From assembly GCF_964213995.1 (NCBI RefSeq), contig NC_135817.1, positions 61,628,001-61,692,000 of the forward strand: 64,000 bases of DNA, read 5' to 3'. Both the position numbers and the translations under genes were made by a program. Shown piece by piece: positions 50,883-64,000 of this stretch (positions within the stretch are counted from its first letter, which is position 1; the number at the start of each line of letters is the position of its first letter). The DNA comes from Mustelus asterias (Eukaryota). The notes under the pieces were generated by a model, which was not told where the DNA came from, did not search any database, and worked only from the letters and a program-made list of their open reading frames with translations.

Positions 50883-53800
50883 AATTTATGGGATTTTTGA
50901 AGGCTGCTTTCTTTTTTTCATTTTTATAGAAGATGTTTTCCTTGGTGTCAACCTCAGCCTATCCTGCAAATTTACTGTCTAAAGAGGGTATCATCAGGAC
51001 TCAGCACAGCAGCTGCATAGATACTGGTCATACTAGCATGGTACTTAATCAAACAAAACAGCAGCTTTAGCAAGTCCTTCAATCCTTCCCAGCAAGCACT
51101 CTAAGAGTTTACAACTCAAATAATGCTTGTTTGCCTGCCAGGCTGTGGCTTATCAAACTATTGATGTTGATTAGAAAATTACATTCAAGGTTTAACATTT
51201 TCATAGAAGTTGTGTTTTTTGTCAATGATATGTTTGTGTTTAATGTTGGGAGGGGATGAGTTAAAGCTTTCTTTATCATATTGATTTATTAATGCCTTCT
51301 CACCCCAAGTAAATGTACCCCAATTAAGAATGCAGGGAACTTGCCCTCTGCTCTGCTAGTATTCCGAAACATGTCACTAAGATGTGGGTAAGAGTGCGCT
51401 AATGATTACTTTCCTATTCACTGTTTTTCTTCCCCCCCCCCCCCCCCCAACACCATCTCCACTACAGTGCGTCATATCCTGGTTGTCTACTACATTAATG
51501 GGCAGTGTAACTGATAATGAACTCTCCTGCACTCGATCAGCAAGCCTAATTAATGTTAAACTCAGGGCTGTAAAGTGGCACAATCACCTTATTCCATGTA
51601 GAAACTCTCCAGAACTGGGATGAAATTGCCAAGTCAATTTCCATGCTGATATATATTGCTTCATAAATTATAAATCAATCACCAAGATGGTAATTCTCTC
51701 AACAATCTCTGTACACCCCCTCCCCCTCCCTCCCCTCTCTCTCACTTTCTCTACCCGCTCTCCTCCCCCCCCCCTTTAGATTCTTGTACACACTGCCACC
51801 AATGTTTGTATTTGAATAATGCCTTTACAATAGCAAAAAGACTCATGGTTTCGTAGGTTGATGACAGATGTTTTGGGGGGAGGTGGACGGAAGGGAAGTG
51901 ACCAAAGGTCAGATTGAAGAGAAGACAGTTTTGAAAGATGGTGAGAATGTCTTCAAGATGGCAGATTTAGTATGAGCTGAAGATTGTGTGTGTGTGTTGC
52001 ATGGACGACGTGTAACCCAACTCTTCAACGTAACTTGTTATTAAATGCTGTTGCAGTGTTGTAATTTAAAAACTAGAAAAACATTCACAAAGTTTGTCTT
52101 GTATAATGGACAATACTGTAATAATTTGTTACCTTAATAAAAACAACAATTTTGATTTTTGTTTATGACACACAAGTATGTTCTCTAACCTATTAAAATA
52201 TTTTGAAAAGTGTCAAAACCATTTAATAGTTTAAAGATCTATAGTTCGTGGGTGCAACCTGCAGGAACAAATTTCTGGGCACACCTTCATGCCTCATGCT
52301 TTTTTTGTTGCTACTTGCTGTGATGTGATGACTAATAGGTTGAGGCATCTTCCAGAACTGGCTTGCTAGACTGCGTCACTGACAGTCAAGGGTGTCCAAC
52401 TATTTATGCTGCAAGATGAAATAGTGTTTAAAAGTAAGAAGTGACTGGAATTGTTACTATGTAAACGCAAATATTTATGTTTAGCATCTTTCAGTGTAGA
52501 AGCTTTCCAGCACTGGGATGAAATGGCCACATCAATTTTCATGCTGATGCATATTGGTTCATAACTTAGAAAATTACCTCTAGTGAATTATTCATTAGCT
52601 TTTAAAGAAATTTAATAAACTTTTTTGGTATTTAGTTATTTGTTTCCCTTATTATCATTATTCAATGAAGAAAGTTGTCAGTTAGTACAGTAAATAGTTG
52701 CTGGTACCGTCTTTTGCTGACTGGCAATTAAAATTGGAACTTTGATTTTTTTAAAAAGGAGATATATATTTAAAATGCTCAAAGCAGACAATCAGGGCTA
52801 AGGCAGGCGGGAAGACGAACACTGGAACTTGCTCACCTGTGAGGGAGTCGAGAAAAGAGCAGGGTCAGGATTTTGGGAAGGTGCTGGCATCGAAGAAATC
52901 TTTACCGATGTAAATTTCGGCTTAATGTGATCTGCAGAGTCCAGCAACAGTAATGTCATCATGGAGAGTAATCCAGGAAGTCAAATGCAACAATTATACT
53001 TCATTTTTAATCATTTTACACATTGTGAAATAAAGATGGGAACATGCATGTTGGATTAAGATACAAGCTGAAATATAAAATTTAGAAGATGTTTATTTTG
53101 ATTTTTTAAAATTAATTATTTTTAAAAATAATAATGGAGAAATTTGACATTCCACAATTAATTTTTCAGGGACAGAATGCTACCCATTTCCCCTCAGAAC
53201 TTTGAGTCAGGGAGACAGCAATCCTATGGCTTATTACCAAGCGCACATCACCAGCTGTGTGTGTGTGCGACTGCTGGTTAGTCAAAAAATGATGACAAGT
53301 GTATTGTGTCCATTGGAAGCTGAGCGTGTTCACTATCCAAGTTGCTAGCAAAGAAATAGATTCATATTGTTCAAGCTGATAAATCCAGTATTTATTTTGT
53401 GAAGTAAACCTAGTCAGTTCGAAGCGCTGCATGGCACTCTGAACTCCCTCCATTTTTGGTCATCTCTGGATAAAGCCCAAAGTGGAATTTTTTTTTTTTT
53501 GTTTAAATTATACATTTCAGTTGACTCAACTTTCCTTAATTCTTGTATCCGGCACTCCTTGTGCAGAATTTCCCTTTCCCTCACACCAGGGGAATTTTTA
53601 TTTGTTGGCGCCTTTTCACATAGAGATTAATGCATCCTCAAATTATTTTGCTGTAAGAGACATTCATATAATACAGGCAACAATTTCATTTGGATAGGCA
53701 TTTTCCAAGTGCCTGGAGCCTTTCGGCAAGTTGCTTGCTCATTGAATGAAGGTTTTATTATTGGGAGGGCGTAACAATGTTAAGCACTCAGTTTATGCTG

Positions 53801-54089
53801 GCTGTTGTGCAGTTTGTTTAAATACTGGAGCTTACTTCATTTCCAAGAAACAATGAAGAACAGGAAAAATAACTTCTGTACTCTGAGAGGGTTAGTAATA
53901 TCCTTCCGATGGGAACTATGCATAGAAATCCCAATGGGATCTGTTCTACCTTCAGCAACATATAACTTCATTGTGTTTTGTCAATAAAACATGAGATTTA
54001 CTCGTCTCCAATCTGCAATTTTGGCATGAGGCAACAGTTGCCTGGATTGTTAGTATGTAATCCAGCTAATAACGCACTTTATATATTTT

Positions 54090-55200
54090 TTATTATTCAT
54101 GGGATGTGTGGTATCGTCAAGGCCAACATTTGTTGCCCATTCCTAATGCCCCTTAAGGTAATGGTAATCTGCCGCCTTGAAGCTGCAATCTATGTAGCGT
54201 TAGGTACACGCACAGTCCTGTCAGGAAAGAAGTTACGTTTGTTTTTGATCCAGTGGCATTGAAGGAATAGTGATATAGTTCAGAGGTCAGGATGATGTGT
54301 GGCTTGTAGGTGGTGGTGTTCCCGTGCATCTGTCCTTATCTTTCTACATGATAGAGGTTGTGGATTTGAAAGGTGGTGTCCGAAGAGTCTTGATAAGTTG
54401 CTGCAGCACATCTTGTATGTGGTCCCTATTGCTGCCACGGTACTGGTGGAGTAAGTGGATGGTGTGATGATCAAGTGGCCTGCTCTGTCCTGGATGGTGT
54501 CAAGCTTTTTGAGCTATACTCATTCAGGCAAGTGCAGAGTATTCCATCACACTGCAGACCTGTGCCCTATAGATGGTGGAATAGCTTTGGTGTTTCAAAA
54601 GGCAATCCAGCCTCTGACCGCTTGCTGGCACTTTCTGGTCAATGGAGATTCCAGGATGTTGATGGTGGGGATTCAGCATGGTCATCTCATTGAAAGCCAA
54701 TGGGAGGTTAGAGATGGTCAAATGTGTGGTCCAAATGTAACTTGTTAGCCCAAGTTTGATTATGATATATGTCTTGCTGCATGTGTACACTGATCACTCA
54801 GTATTTTAGGATTTGTGAACAGAAAACTGCAATCATCCCCACTGAAAACTGTTCTCATCCCCGAGAGAACATATCCACCGCATTTTGGAGGGAAGTCATA
54901 AACGCAGCAGTTGAACATCGTTGGACACTGACCCGAGAAACACCCAAGGCGATGGCACTGAGATGATTGGCCTCCAAAAACCACCACCATTTTCCTTTTG
55001 CGTTCGGTTTGATTTTAGTCTGTGGTGATTTCCCCTCCACTTTGTTTCCAGTTGACTTCAGTTTTACTCAGGGCTGCTTTGATGCCATATTCAGTCTGAT
55101 GCTGCTTTGATGTCAATCTCGCCTTGCCTCCAGAATGTCAAATCTTCCAAGCATTTGGACCAAGGCTATAATGATCTCCAGGGTCAAATGGTCCTAGTGG
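54090..55200 (-). mobile_element. CR1/L2-group LINE fragment, decayed
   Basis: TIYRAQVCSVMEYSALA and a VPQGS-like region; same family as 39232-39890. Confidence 0.78.
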
Positions 55201-55232
55201 ATCTCAAACTGCATCTCTGAGTTAATAGCATT

Positions 55233-55375
55233 GACGTGCTGGTTAGGTGCATTGGCCATGCTAAATTCTCCCTCAGTGTACCCAAACAGGCGCCGGAGTG
55301 TGGTGAACAGGTGATTTTCACAGTAACTTCATTGCAGTGTTAATGTGAGTCTACGACACTAATAAATAAACTTTA
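55233..55375 (+). mobile_element. V-SINE tail-B 3' fragment
   Basis: GACGTGCTGGTTAGGTGCATTGGCCATG...CACTAATAAATAAAC. Similar tail-only fragments at about 2943-3010, 24995-25120, 30545-30752 and 57613-57725. Confidence 0.85.
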
Positions 55376-55720
55376 AATTTTTAGCCTATATATTAGTGTT
55401 AATTGCAGTATTTTGTAAAGGGAATTAAAATATTGTAGGCATTTATTCCCAGTTATTTTGAAGATTTAATAAAAATTGTCTGATTAAGAACTTAATTTTT
55501 ACTTTTTCCACCCTCAGAAAGTTGTGTTTTTAATTTCAGGGAAAAAGTCAAATCAGAAGGGCGAGTAATTTAAACAAGTGAGACCAGCTGAATCCTAGAG
55601 AATGAAGTAATGCAGTTGAACAATGAAGGGTGGCAGGAAGTGCTGGTTAGAAAAATAATCAACGTGTATCTTTCTTTCAGTGAAAAGCAAACGGAATCTG
55701 AAGGTCAAAGATTACATTGA

Positions 55721-55888
<168 letters not shown>

Positions 55889-56527
55889 TGACTTTTCAAC
55901 GTCTCACTTGGTAGACAATCAAAATGGCTATTTACTCTCGAGAAATTCTATGCTAGTGACTCACGACACACAAAAAAGAAAAAGGAATGACTCTTGACAC
56001 TGTACGACCAGATAACAATCCGTTCAACACAGCTAGTCCGTGCTAATGTTTACATTCCACATGAACAAATACTCCGAAGCATTTTATTTGTCCTGTTGCT
56101 GGATACATACTTATACAATTCGACCTTATGGTGAGGTGCTATTTGAGAACCAGTTAAATTCATTTTTTCTTGAAATGAACCTGAAAATGAGGTTCCTGTC
56201 AACAGACCATTATTAAAGCACAACTTTGATTTTATTATTGTCACATGTATTGGTATACCGTGAAAAATATTGTTTCTTGCGCACTATACAGACAAAGCAT
56301 ACCATTCATAGAGAAGGAAAGGAGAGGGTGCAGAATGTAGTGTTACAGTCATAGCTAGGGTGTAGAGAAAGGTCAACTTAATATGAGGTAGATCCATTCA
56401 AAAGCCTGATGGCAGCAGGGAAGAAGCTGTTCTTGAGTCGGTTGGTGCATGACCTCAGACTTTTGTATCTTTTTCTGATGGAAGAAGGTGGAAGAGAGAA
56501 TGTCCGGGGTGCATATGGTCCTTGATT

Positions 56528-56820
56528 AAAGTTTATTTATTAGTCACAGGTAGGCTTACATTAACACTGCAATGAAGTTACTGTGAAAATCCGCTAGTCG
56601 CCACACACCGGCACCTGTTCTGTTACACTGAGGGACAATTTAGCACGGCCAATTCAGCTAACCTGCACATCTTTGTACTGTGGGAGGAAAGCGGAGCACC
56701 CGGAGGAAGCCCTCGCAGACACGGAGAACATGCAGACTCTGCACAGACAGTGACCCAAGCTGGGAATCAAACCCGGGTTCCTGGCGCTGTGAGGCAGCAG
56801 TGCTAGCCACCATGCCGCCC
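56528..56820 (-). mobile_element. V-SINE, tail B
   Basis: Reverse-complement full copy. Confidence 0.88.
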
Positions 56821-56829
56821 CATTTATGC

Positions 56830-57600
56830 ATTCATACAATAATGTAGTAAAACACCCCTAGTCACTTCATCGGAGCACTATCAAGTAAAACTTAACACCT
56901 AACCACATCAGGTGATATTTGGATAGATTACAGAATTTGGCCATAGAGGTGGGTATTAAAGAGCACCTTAAAGGAGCAGAGCAAGGTAGGGAGGTGGCGA
57001 GAATTCCAGAGTTTGATGCCAATGCAGCTGACGGCATGGCCACCAATGGTGGAACAATGTAAACTGGAGACCCGAATTGGAGGAGCATAGAGATTTCGTG
57101 GAGCTGTTGGTCTGGAGGAGGTTACAGAAATGGTAAGGGGTGAGGTTGCTTTCCCACTCGCCTGTCTGAAGAAGAAAACAATAAGATGTGGGGTGCAAGA
57201 GGAGAACTTTTGCCTTTTGAGGCTATGGGGTGACTTGAAAATAAGGATGAGAATTTTAAAATTGAGACATTATTGGACTGGGAACCAATGTAGGCAGGTG
57301 AGCACAAGTTGCCGCAAGTTAGAATCCAGGCAGTTTTGGATGAGCTCAAGTTTACAGAGGATGCCAGGAGAACATCGGAGGCAAAAAAGGCACAAAGGAG
57401 GCTCCTAAGCTGACAAGCTGAAGCAGCAGCAGAGACTGAATGTTGTGGAGGTGGATATTGGTGGCCATATGTTAAGATGATATAAAATCAAAAGTTCAAC
57501 TCCGGTCAAATAGGCCACTATGGTTTCCAGTGCTCTGGCTCGGCCTCACAGGGTGACCAGGGAGAAAGCAAGACTGAAATCAATTACATTTTGGCACTAA
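56830..57600 (-). mobile_element. Old L2-like LINE 3' fragment
   Basis: Decayed LHW.P..Q...FKIL-type segment; similar pieces at about 21860-22140, 34280-34830 and 36380-36715. Confidence 0.55.
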
Positions 57601-57725
57601 GGAAATTGAAGTAAGTTTATTTATTAGTGTCATCAGTAGGCTTACATTAACACTGCAATGAAGCTACTGTGAAAATCCTGTAGTTGCCACACTCTGGCGG
57701 CTGTTTGGGTACACTGAGGGAGAAC

Positions 57726-58205
57726 TGTTCTGATGGAAGAAGGTGGAAGAGAGTGAATGGGGTCCTTGATTATGCTGGCTGCTCTTCTGAGGCAGCAGGA
57801 AATGTAGACAGAGTCAATGGATGGGAGGCTGGTTTGCGCGATGAACTGGATACATTCACAACCCTTTGTAGTTTCCTGTGGTCTTGATCAGAGCAGAAGC
57901 CATGCTTTCTCTGGTGCATCTGTAAAAGTTGTTGAGAATCGTAGTGGACATGCCAAATTTCCTTAGCCTTCTGAGGAAGTAGAGGTGTTCCTGGGCTTTC
58001 TTAACTATAGCTTCGGCATTGAGGGACCAGGACAGGTGGTTGGTGATCTGGACACCTAGAAATTTGAAGCTCTCGACAATTTCCACTTCAACCCTGTTGA
58101 TGTAGACAGGTGCATGTCCTTCACTACACTTCCTGAAGTCAATGAATATCTCCATTGTTTTACTGGCATTGAGGGAGAGATTATTTCGTCACACCAGCTC
58201 ACCAA
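57726..58205 (-). mobile_element. Rex1/Babar-like LINE RT C-terminal fragment
   Basis: VESFKFLGVQITNHLSWS..IVKKAQEHLYFLRRLRKFGMS..L.NFYRCT.ES. Confidence 0.85.
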
Positions 58206-58584
58206 ATTCTGTATCTATTTCCTTCTTTTCCTTTTTAGTGCTGTAGCAGGATGGAATCCTGATTAGTGGGGTTCAAATATGAATGCATTGTAAAAACTGA
58301 CAACTTTTACATCGAAGTTAAAATTAATAGATTAATTTGCAAGCAAAATATTACAAGAGTATAGGGGCACCTAAACAGGATATAGATACTGGATTTGGAA
58401 CACAAGTATTTTAAATATCTTTCTAAAACAGATTGTGCAACATACATTTTGCAGTATAGCTTTGGATTTAGGTTTTTTTTGTTGGTTTTCAATGCTGTCT
58501 ATAGATGATGTGATTTCTGTGTTTTACTAGGGAATCTGCATTAGTTCCAGAAACTGAAATGGTTACTAAGAATAACCTGCCGTA

Positions 58585-58774
58585 TATAAAGTCAAAATAC
58601 TGCGGACGCTGGAATCTGAAACAAAAAGAGAATGCTGTTAAAAACTCAGCAGGTCTGACAGCATCTGTGGAGAGAGAATAGAGCCAACATTTCCTGACTC
58701 GAAACAATGGCTCTATTCTCTCTCCACAGATGCTGTAAGACCTGCTGAGTTTTTACAGCATTTTCTGTTTCTGT
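58585..58774. mobile_element. Palindromic copy of the same short element family
   Basis: Inverted arms 58631-58686 and 58708-58762 (CTCAGCAGGTCTGACAGCATCTGTGGAGAGAGAATAGAGCCA and its reverse complement). The centre retains GACTCGAAAC. Confidence 0.75.
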
Positions 58775-59135
58775 CTGCCATGTATAACTTAGCTTCTCGT
58801 GAGGGGTGGGGTGAAGCAGGCTGATGGTGGAAATCTAATTGCTCGTCAATTAAATCAAACCCAGTGAGCTATCCCGTACATAAAAATCACCGAGGATATA
58901 GATGCCATATCGATAAGCATAAAATTACTTAGAGCACCACTTTTAAATAGTCAGATCAAGAATCTAAGAATTGCACTAAAGCAAGTTCTTTTGATTACCT
59001 GCAATTTTTTGGAGAACTGGAAATGAGGATAATTAATTAACAGGGAAAAGCACTAGTTTAAAATTCAACAAAGTCTTTACTTTCTCCCTTTTGTATCACA
59101 CCATAGGGATTATCACAGGCTACTTCATTCTCTGA

Positions 59136-59158
59136 CCCCCCCCCCCCCCCCCCCCCCC
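59136..59158 (+). repeat. Poly-C tract (23 nt)
   Basis: Direct count. Confidence 0.95.
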
Positions 59159-60335
59159 AACCCCTGCCCAAACTGAAAATAAATACGTTTCAGCTTTTTA
59201 AAAATAGGGCTCCACTGTGCAGTCTTCCTTTAATAATGGTCTGTTGCTCCCAGCAGCTCAATTTATAACAGAAATACAGCTAGTTGTCCTGTAGGTATTT
59301 TTTTTTAGTCCAAAACCCCTTCCCCACCCATCAACCGCATTACAATGTTTTATCAATCGTGACAATGTTTTCCTCATTCTTTTTGATGGGATGTGGGAAT
59401 CACTGTTAAGGTCAGCATCTATTGCCCATTGCCCTTTAACTGAGTGACCTATTAGTCAAGCACATGGCTGTGGATCTGGAATGACACAAAGACAGATTTC
59501 CTTCCCTCATGGACGTTTGTGAAACAGATGGTGGGTTTTTTTTTAACGAAAATCAATGGTAGTTTCTTGACCAACATTACTGAGAGTGGCTTACAATCTC
59601 AGATTTTTATTTATTAAATTTAAATTCCACCAGCTTCTGTTGTAGGATTTGAACCTGGGGATTTTGTCACTGGAGCATTAGCGTGGGCCTCTGGTTTACT
59701 ATTTTAGTGGCGTTACCATTACACTATCATCTTTCACTACAAAAGTACAAGTGCAAACATCTTACAATTTTAAACACTGTAATTGATATAAGCCTGTTGT
59801 TTCGATTGTCTTTGGTTGTCTTTTTCAAGGGACTTTCTATCATGTTAGCTGAAGGATTAATTACATTCTATTAGAAAGTTTGCATTTTTTTATTATTCAG
59901 TCAGGGGAGATGAGCATTGTTGGCTGGGTCAGCATTTATTGCCTTTGAACTGAGTGGTTTGCCAGGCCATTTCAGAAGGCATTTAAGACTCAACCACATT
60001 GTTGTGCATCTGGAGTCACGTGTAGGCAGACCAGGTAAGGATGGCAGATTTACTTCCCTAAAGGACATTCGTGAACCATTCCCTCCATTATATCCCTATG
60101 GCTTGCAGAGGTTTTCTAATCACTTTAGTGAAAATTAAAGATGTTTAATTACATTTGGAAATGTATGGAAAGCACCTGGGAGTGAAAAAGGAGATAACTG
60201 ATGGGCAGTCAGCATTGCAATCTTAGTGCAAGGGACCCCCGTTCAGATTTATTGTGAGAAGATCCTAAATAGCTGTGCAGAAAGAATGTAACTACATAGT
60301 GGCATATTTAAATAGGATTTAAGCTATTTTGAATT

Positions 60336-61755
60336 CTCAGAGGCTGACAATTCTGCGGCGAGTAACTCATCTCCTGACTGCCCAAAGCCAGTCCACCACC
60401 TACAAGGCGCAAGTCAGGAGTGTGATGGAATATTCTCCACTTGCCTGGATGAGTGCAGCTCCCACACTCAAAGTTTAGCACCATCCAGGGCAAAGCAGTC
60501 TGCTTGATTAACTCTCCATTTATCACCTTAAACATTCATTCACTCCACCACCGATACACAGTGATGGTAGTGCTTGCAATATATGATAGACACTGCATCA
60601 ACTCTGCAAAGCTCCTTCAACAACACCTCCCAAACCCTCAACCTCTCCTGCCTAGCAGGTCAAGAGCAACAGATACATGGGAATCCATCATTAAAGAAGA
60701 AATAGCAGGTCATCTGGATAAGAATGGTTCGATTAAGCAGACGCAGCATGGATTCATGAGGGGAAAGTCGTGCTTGACGAACTTGTTGAATTTTTATGAA
60801 GATGTGACAAGTGCGGTTGACGGAGGGGAACTGGTGGATGCGGTGTTTTTGGATTTCCAAAAGGCGTTTGACAAGGTGCGTCACAAAGGTTGCTGAAGAA
60901 GATTGGGTCACACGGAGTTGGGGGTAGGGTGTTAGCGTGGATTGGAGATTGGCTATCCGACAGGAAGCAGAGAGTCGGAATAAATGGGTGCTTTTCTGGT
61001 TGGCAGATGATAACTAGTGGCGTGCCGCAGGGATCAGTACTAGGGCCTCAACTATTTACCATTGGCCTTGGAGGGAATGCAGAGAAGGTTCACCAGGTTG
61101 ATACCAGAGATGAGGGGTGTTGATTATGAGGAGAGACTGAGCAGATTGGGTTTGTACTCGTTGGAATTTAGAAGGCTGAGGAGGGATCTTATAGAGACAT
61201 ATAAGATAATGAAGGGGCTGGATAGGGTAGAGGTGGAGAGATTCTTTCCACTTAGAAAGGAAGCTAGAACTAGAGGGCACAGCCTCAAAATAAAGGGGGG
61301 TCAGTTTAGGACAGAGTTGAGGAGGAACTTCTTCTCCCAGAGGGTGGTGAATCTCTGGAATTCTCTGCCCACTGAAGTGGTGGAGGCTACCTCATTGAAT
61401 ATGTTTAAATCATGGATCGATGGATTCCTGATCGGTAAGGGAATTAGGGGTTATGGGGATCAGGCGGGTAAGTGGAACTGATCCACTTCAGATCAGCCAT
61501 GATCTTATTGAATGGCGGGGCAGGCTCGAGGGGCTAGATGGCCTACTCCTGCTCCTATTTCTTATGTTCTTATATTCTTAATACCATCACTGTTGCTTCA
61601 CTGTCGCTGGGCCGAACTTCCTAAAGCATTGTGGGTGCAGCTATGTGGACTGCTACAGTTTGAGAAGGTACCTCACCACCACCTTTTCAAGGTCGGTTAG
61701 AGATGAGCAACAGATGCTGTCCTTGCCAGCGACATGCACGTCCCATGAAAGAACA
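60336..61755 (+). mobile_element. Older CR1/L2-group LINE 3' fragment split by the young CR1
   Basis: CACCTACAAGGCGCAAGTCAGGAGTGTGATGGAATA..; resumes at about 61580 and ends CCAGCGACATGCACGTCCCATGAA. Confidence 0.8.
60680..61572 (+). mobile_element. Young CR1 fragment with an internal deletion, nested in an older LINE
   Basis: QHGFMRGKSCLTNL, FLDFQKAFDKV and SGVPQGSVLGPQLF, then a jump to ALEGMQRRFTRLIP; TTCTTATG tail. Confidence 0.92.
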
Positions 61756-62025
61756 CTTTCAAACATTACAAAAATAACATCAAAACAATTCCTTTTTTCT
61801 ATGTTCATATGTTACGGAAATATGTAATTGAGAATCAATTCTAGTTGGAAGAAAAAAAGCCCGTGTTAAATATTGACATGTGAACTGTGGTACCAAAATA
61901 TGCACGTGTACATGATGATGCATACTATTTGTAAGATAGACTTACCTTGAGATATAAGGCCTTAATTTACAGTAATGGCTTTGAAAGGTTTGATTTGATT
62001 GAAGTTTTAAAGGTATTAAGGGGAA

Positions 62026-62790
62026 TAGAGTCAGAGGTTTACAGCATGGAAACAGGCCCTTTGGCCCAACTTGTCCATGTCACCCTTTTTTTATTAAACC
62101 CCTAAACTAATCCCAATTGCCCGCATTTGGCCCATATCCCTCTATACCCATCGTACCCATGTAACTATCTAATTGCTTTTTAAAAGACAAAATTGTACTC
62201 GCCTCTACTGCTACCTCTGGCAGCCTGTTCCAGACACACCACCCTCTGTGTGAAAAAATTGCCCCTTTGGACACTTTTGTATCTCTCCCCTCTCACCTTA
62301 AACCTATGCCCTCTAGTTTTAGACTCCCCTTCCTTTGGGAAAAGATATTGACTATCTAGCTGATCTGTGTCCCTCATTATTTTGTAGACCTCTATAAGAT
62401 CACCCCTCAGCCTCCTACGCTCCAGAGAAAAAAGTCTGTCTATCCAACCTCTCATAACTCAATCCATCAAGTCCCAGTAGCATCCTAGTAAATCTTTTCT
62501 GCACTCTTTCTAGTTTAATAATATCCTTTCTATAATAGGGTGACCAGAACTGCACACGGTATTCCAAGTGTGGCATTACCAATCCCATCTCCTGTATTCA
62601 ATGTTCTGACCGATGAAACCAAGCATCTCGAATGCCTTCTTCACCACTCTGTCCACCTGTGACTCCACTTTCAAGGGACTATGAACATGTACCCCTCGAT
62701 CTCTTTGTTCTGTAACTCTCCCCAACGCCCTACCATTAACTGAGTAAGTCCTGCCCTGGTTCGCACTACCAAAATGCATCACCTTGCATT
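62026..62790 (-). mobile_element. CR1 LINE 3' fragment (same subfamily as 10436-11490)
   Basis: LERRRLRGDLIEVYKIMR and MHFGSANQGRTYSVNGRALG; followed by a plus-strand CR1 piece at about 62795-63100. Confidence 0.9.
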
Positions 62791-63669
62791 TGAATAGATA
62801 GAGAGAGAAACTATTTTTGCTTGTTCAAGCAAGTCTAGGACTAGGGGGCACAGTTAAAAATTAAAGACAGACTTTTCCGGAGTGAAAACACTTTGACAAA
62901 AAGTGGTAGACGTTTGGAACTCACTTTTGCAAATGCTAGATAACTGGTGAATTTTAACATTGAGGTAGAAAGATTTTTGTTCACCAAAGATATTAAGAGA
63001 TATGGGACAAAGAACCCATGTGGAGTTAGGTCACAAATCAACTGTGATCTCCTTGAATGAAGGAACAGGCTTTGAGGAGCTACATGACACCTGTTGTAAC
63101 ACATGTTTGTACCTCTGGATGGCAGACTAGCAAAACTACGTTCAATAGAGAGAGAAAACTGCCTGAGTTTACAGGGAGATAACTTGCTTGGAAGGAGGTA
63201 GAAGTTTTAAAAAAAATCATGTCAAATTAGTTGAACAATAAAAGTAATTAAATTTAAAGAAAATTATTAAAGAAAATACTTGAAGATGCTGTGAATGCTG
63301 GAAATGAAAACAGCACATTCCTCGCAGAAACATTCAGCAGCCTCGTGTTTCCTGATGTCGGTGGGCCTGCAGATAACCATGAGAAAATTGCTTATGATTC
63401 TGTGACGCTAATGTTTGCCGTAAGTTGTAATATCACAAAATTACAGAACTGTCGCAGTCACTTGCTCACCCTAGCAAATTATCATGGGATCTTAAGTCAC
63501 CATACAAACTACTCCAGCTACAGAACCTTCTGATGTCCCAAAAATGCTGATGGAACCCCTGAGAAACATTCTTATTATGTTGGAGTTAAACCACAAAAAT
63601 TGATTGTTTTTAACGTAAATTATACCAACATAAAAGTCTTTTCTGTTTCTTATATACATTTATCAGTAG

Positions 63670-63935
63670 TAGAGTGGTTAGCACTGCTGGCTCACAGCTC
63701 CAGGGACCTGGGTTCGATTCCCGGCTTGGGTCACTGTGTGGAGTTTGTACGTTCTCCCCGTGTCTGCGTGGGTTTCCTCCCACAGTCCAAAGATGTGCTG
63801 GTTAGGTGCTTTGGCCATGCTAAATTCTTCCTCAGTGTACCGGAACTGGCGCCAGAGTGTGGCGACTAGGGGATTTTCACAGTAACTTCATTGCAGTTAA
63901 TGTAAGCCTACTTGTGACTCTAATAAATAAACTTT
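63670..63935 (+). mobile_element. V-SINE, tail B
   Basis: Head, core and tail B present. Confidence 0.88.
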
Positions 63936-64000
63936 AACTTTTTAAAAGATCTCTTATTCCACAAAGTACTTTTGTCATTTTTAATAGGAGGAGTGTGCTG

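Noticed and set aside
63965-64000. Acceptor-like site at the window end as the next TMEM50B exon
   Set aside because: The following bases do not encode the expected FFTGWW; truncated by the window edge.

Overview
Vertebrate genomic DNA, very likely from a cartilaginous fish (shark); this is inferred from the dense HE1/V-SINE, DeuSINE, CR1/L2, Rex-like and Penelope repeats. Three genes are recognisable. (1) The 5' part of GART lies on the minus strand: nine coding exons from 18801 down to 1147, 1066 nt encoding most of the GARS domain, continuing past the window start. (2) DNAJC28 has an intact single-exon CDS at 31442-32518 (+). (3) The first coding exon of TMEM50B is at 55760-55858 (+), with a probable GC-rich promoter near 37.5-38 kb built on a 38-bp GC-box/CAAT minisatellite. 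GART faces away from DNAJC28, unlike the human arrangement, and SON is not seen next to it. Roughly half of the window is interspersed repeats (visual estimate). The most notable signals are a minimal hammerhead ribozyme in a Penelope-like element, a family of short palindromic elements carrying hammerhead-like cores, two V-SINE subfamilies with different 3' tails, and inverted SINE pairs bracketing the ATG exons of both GART and TMEM50B. Repeat boundaries were read by eye and are approximate.
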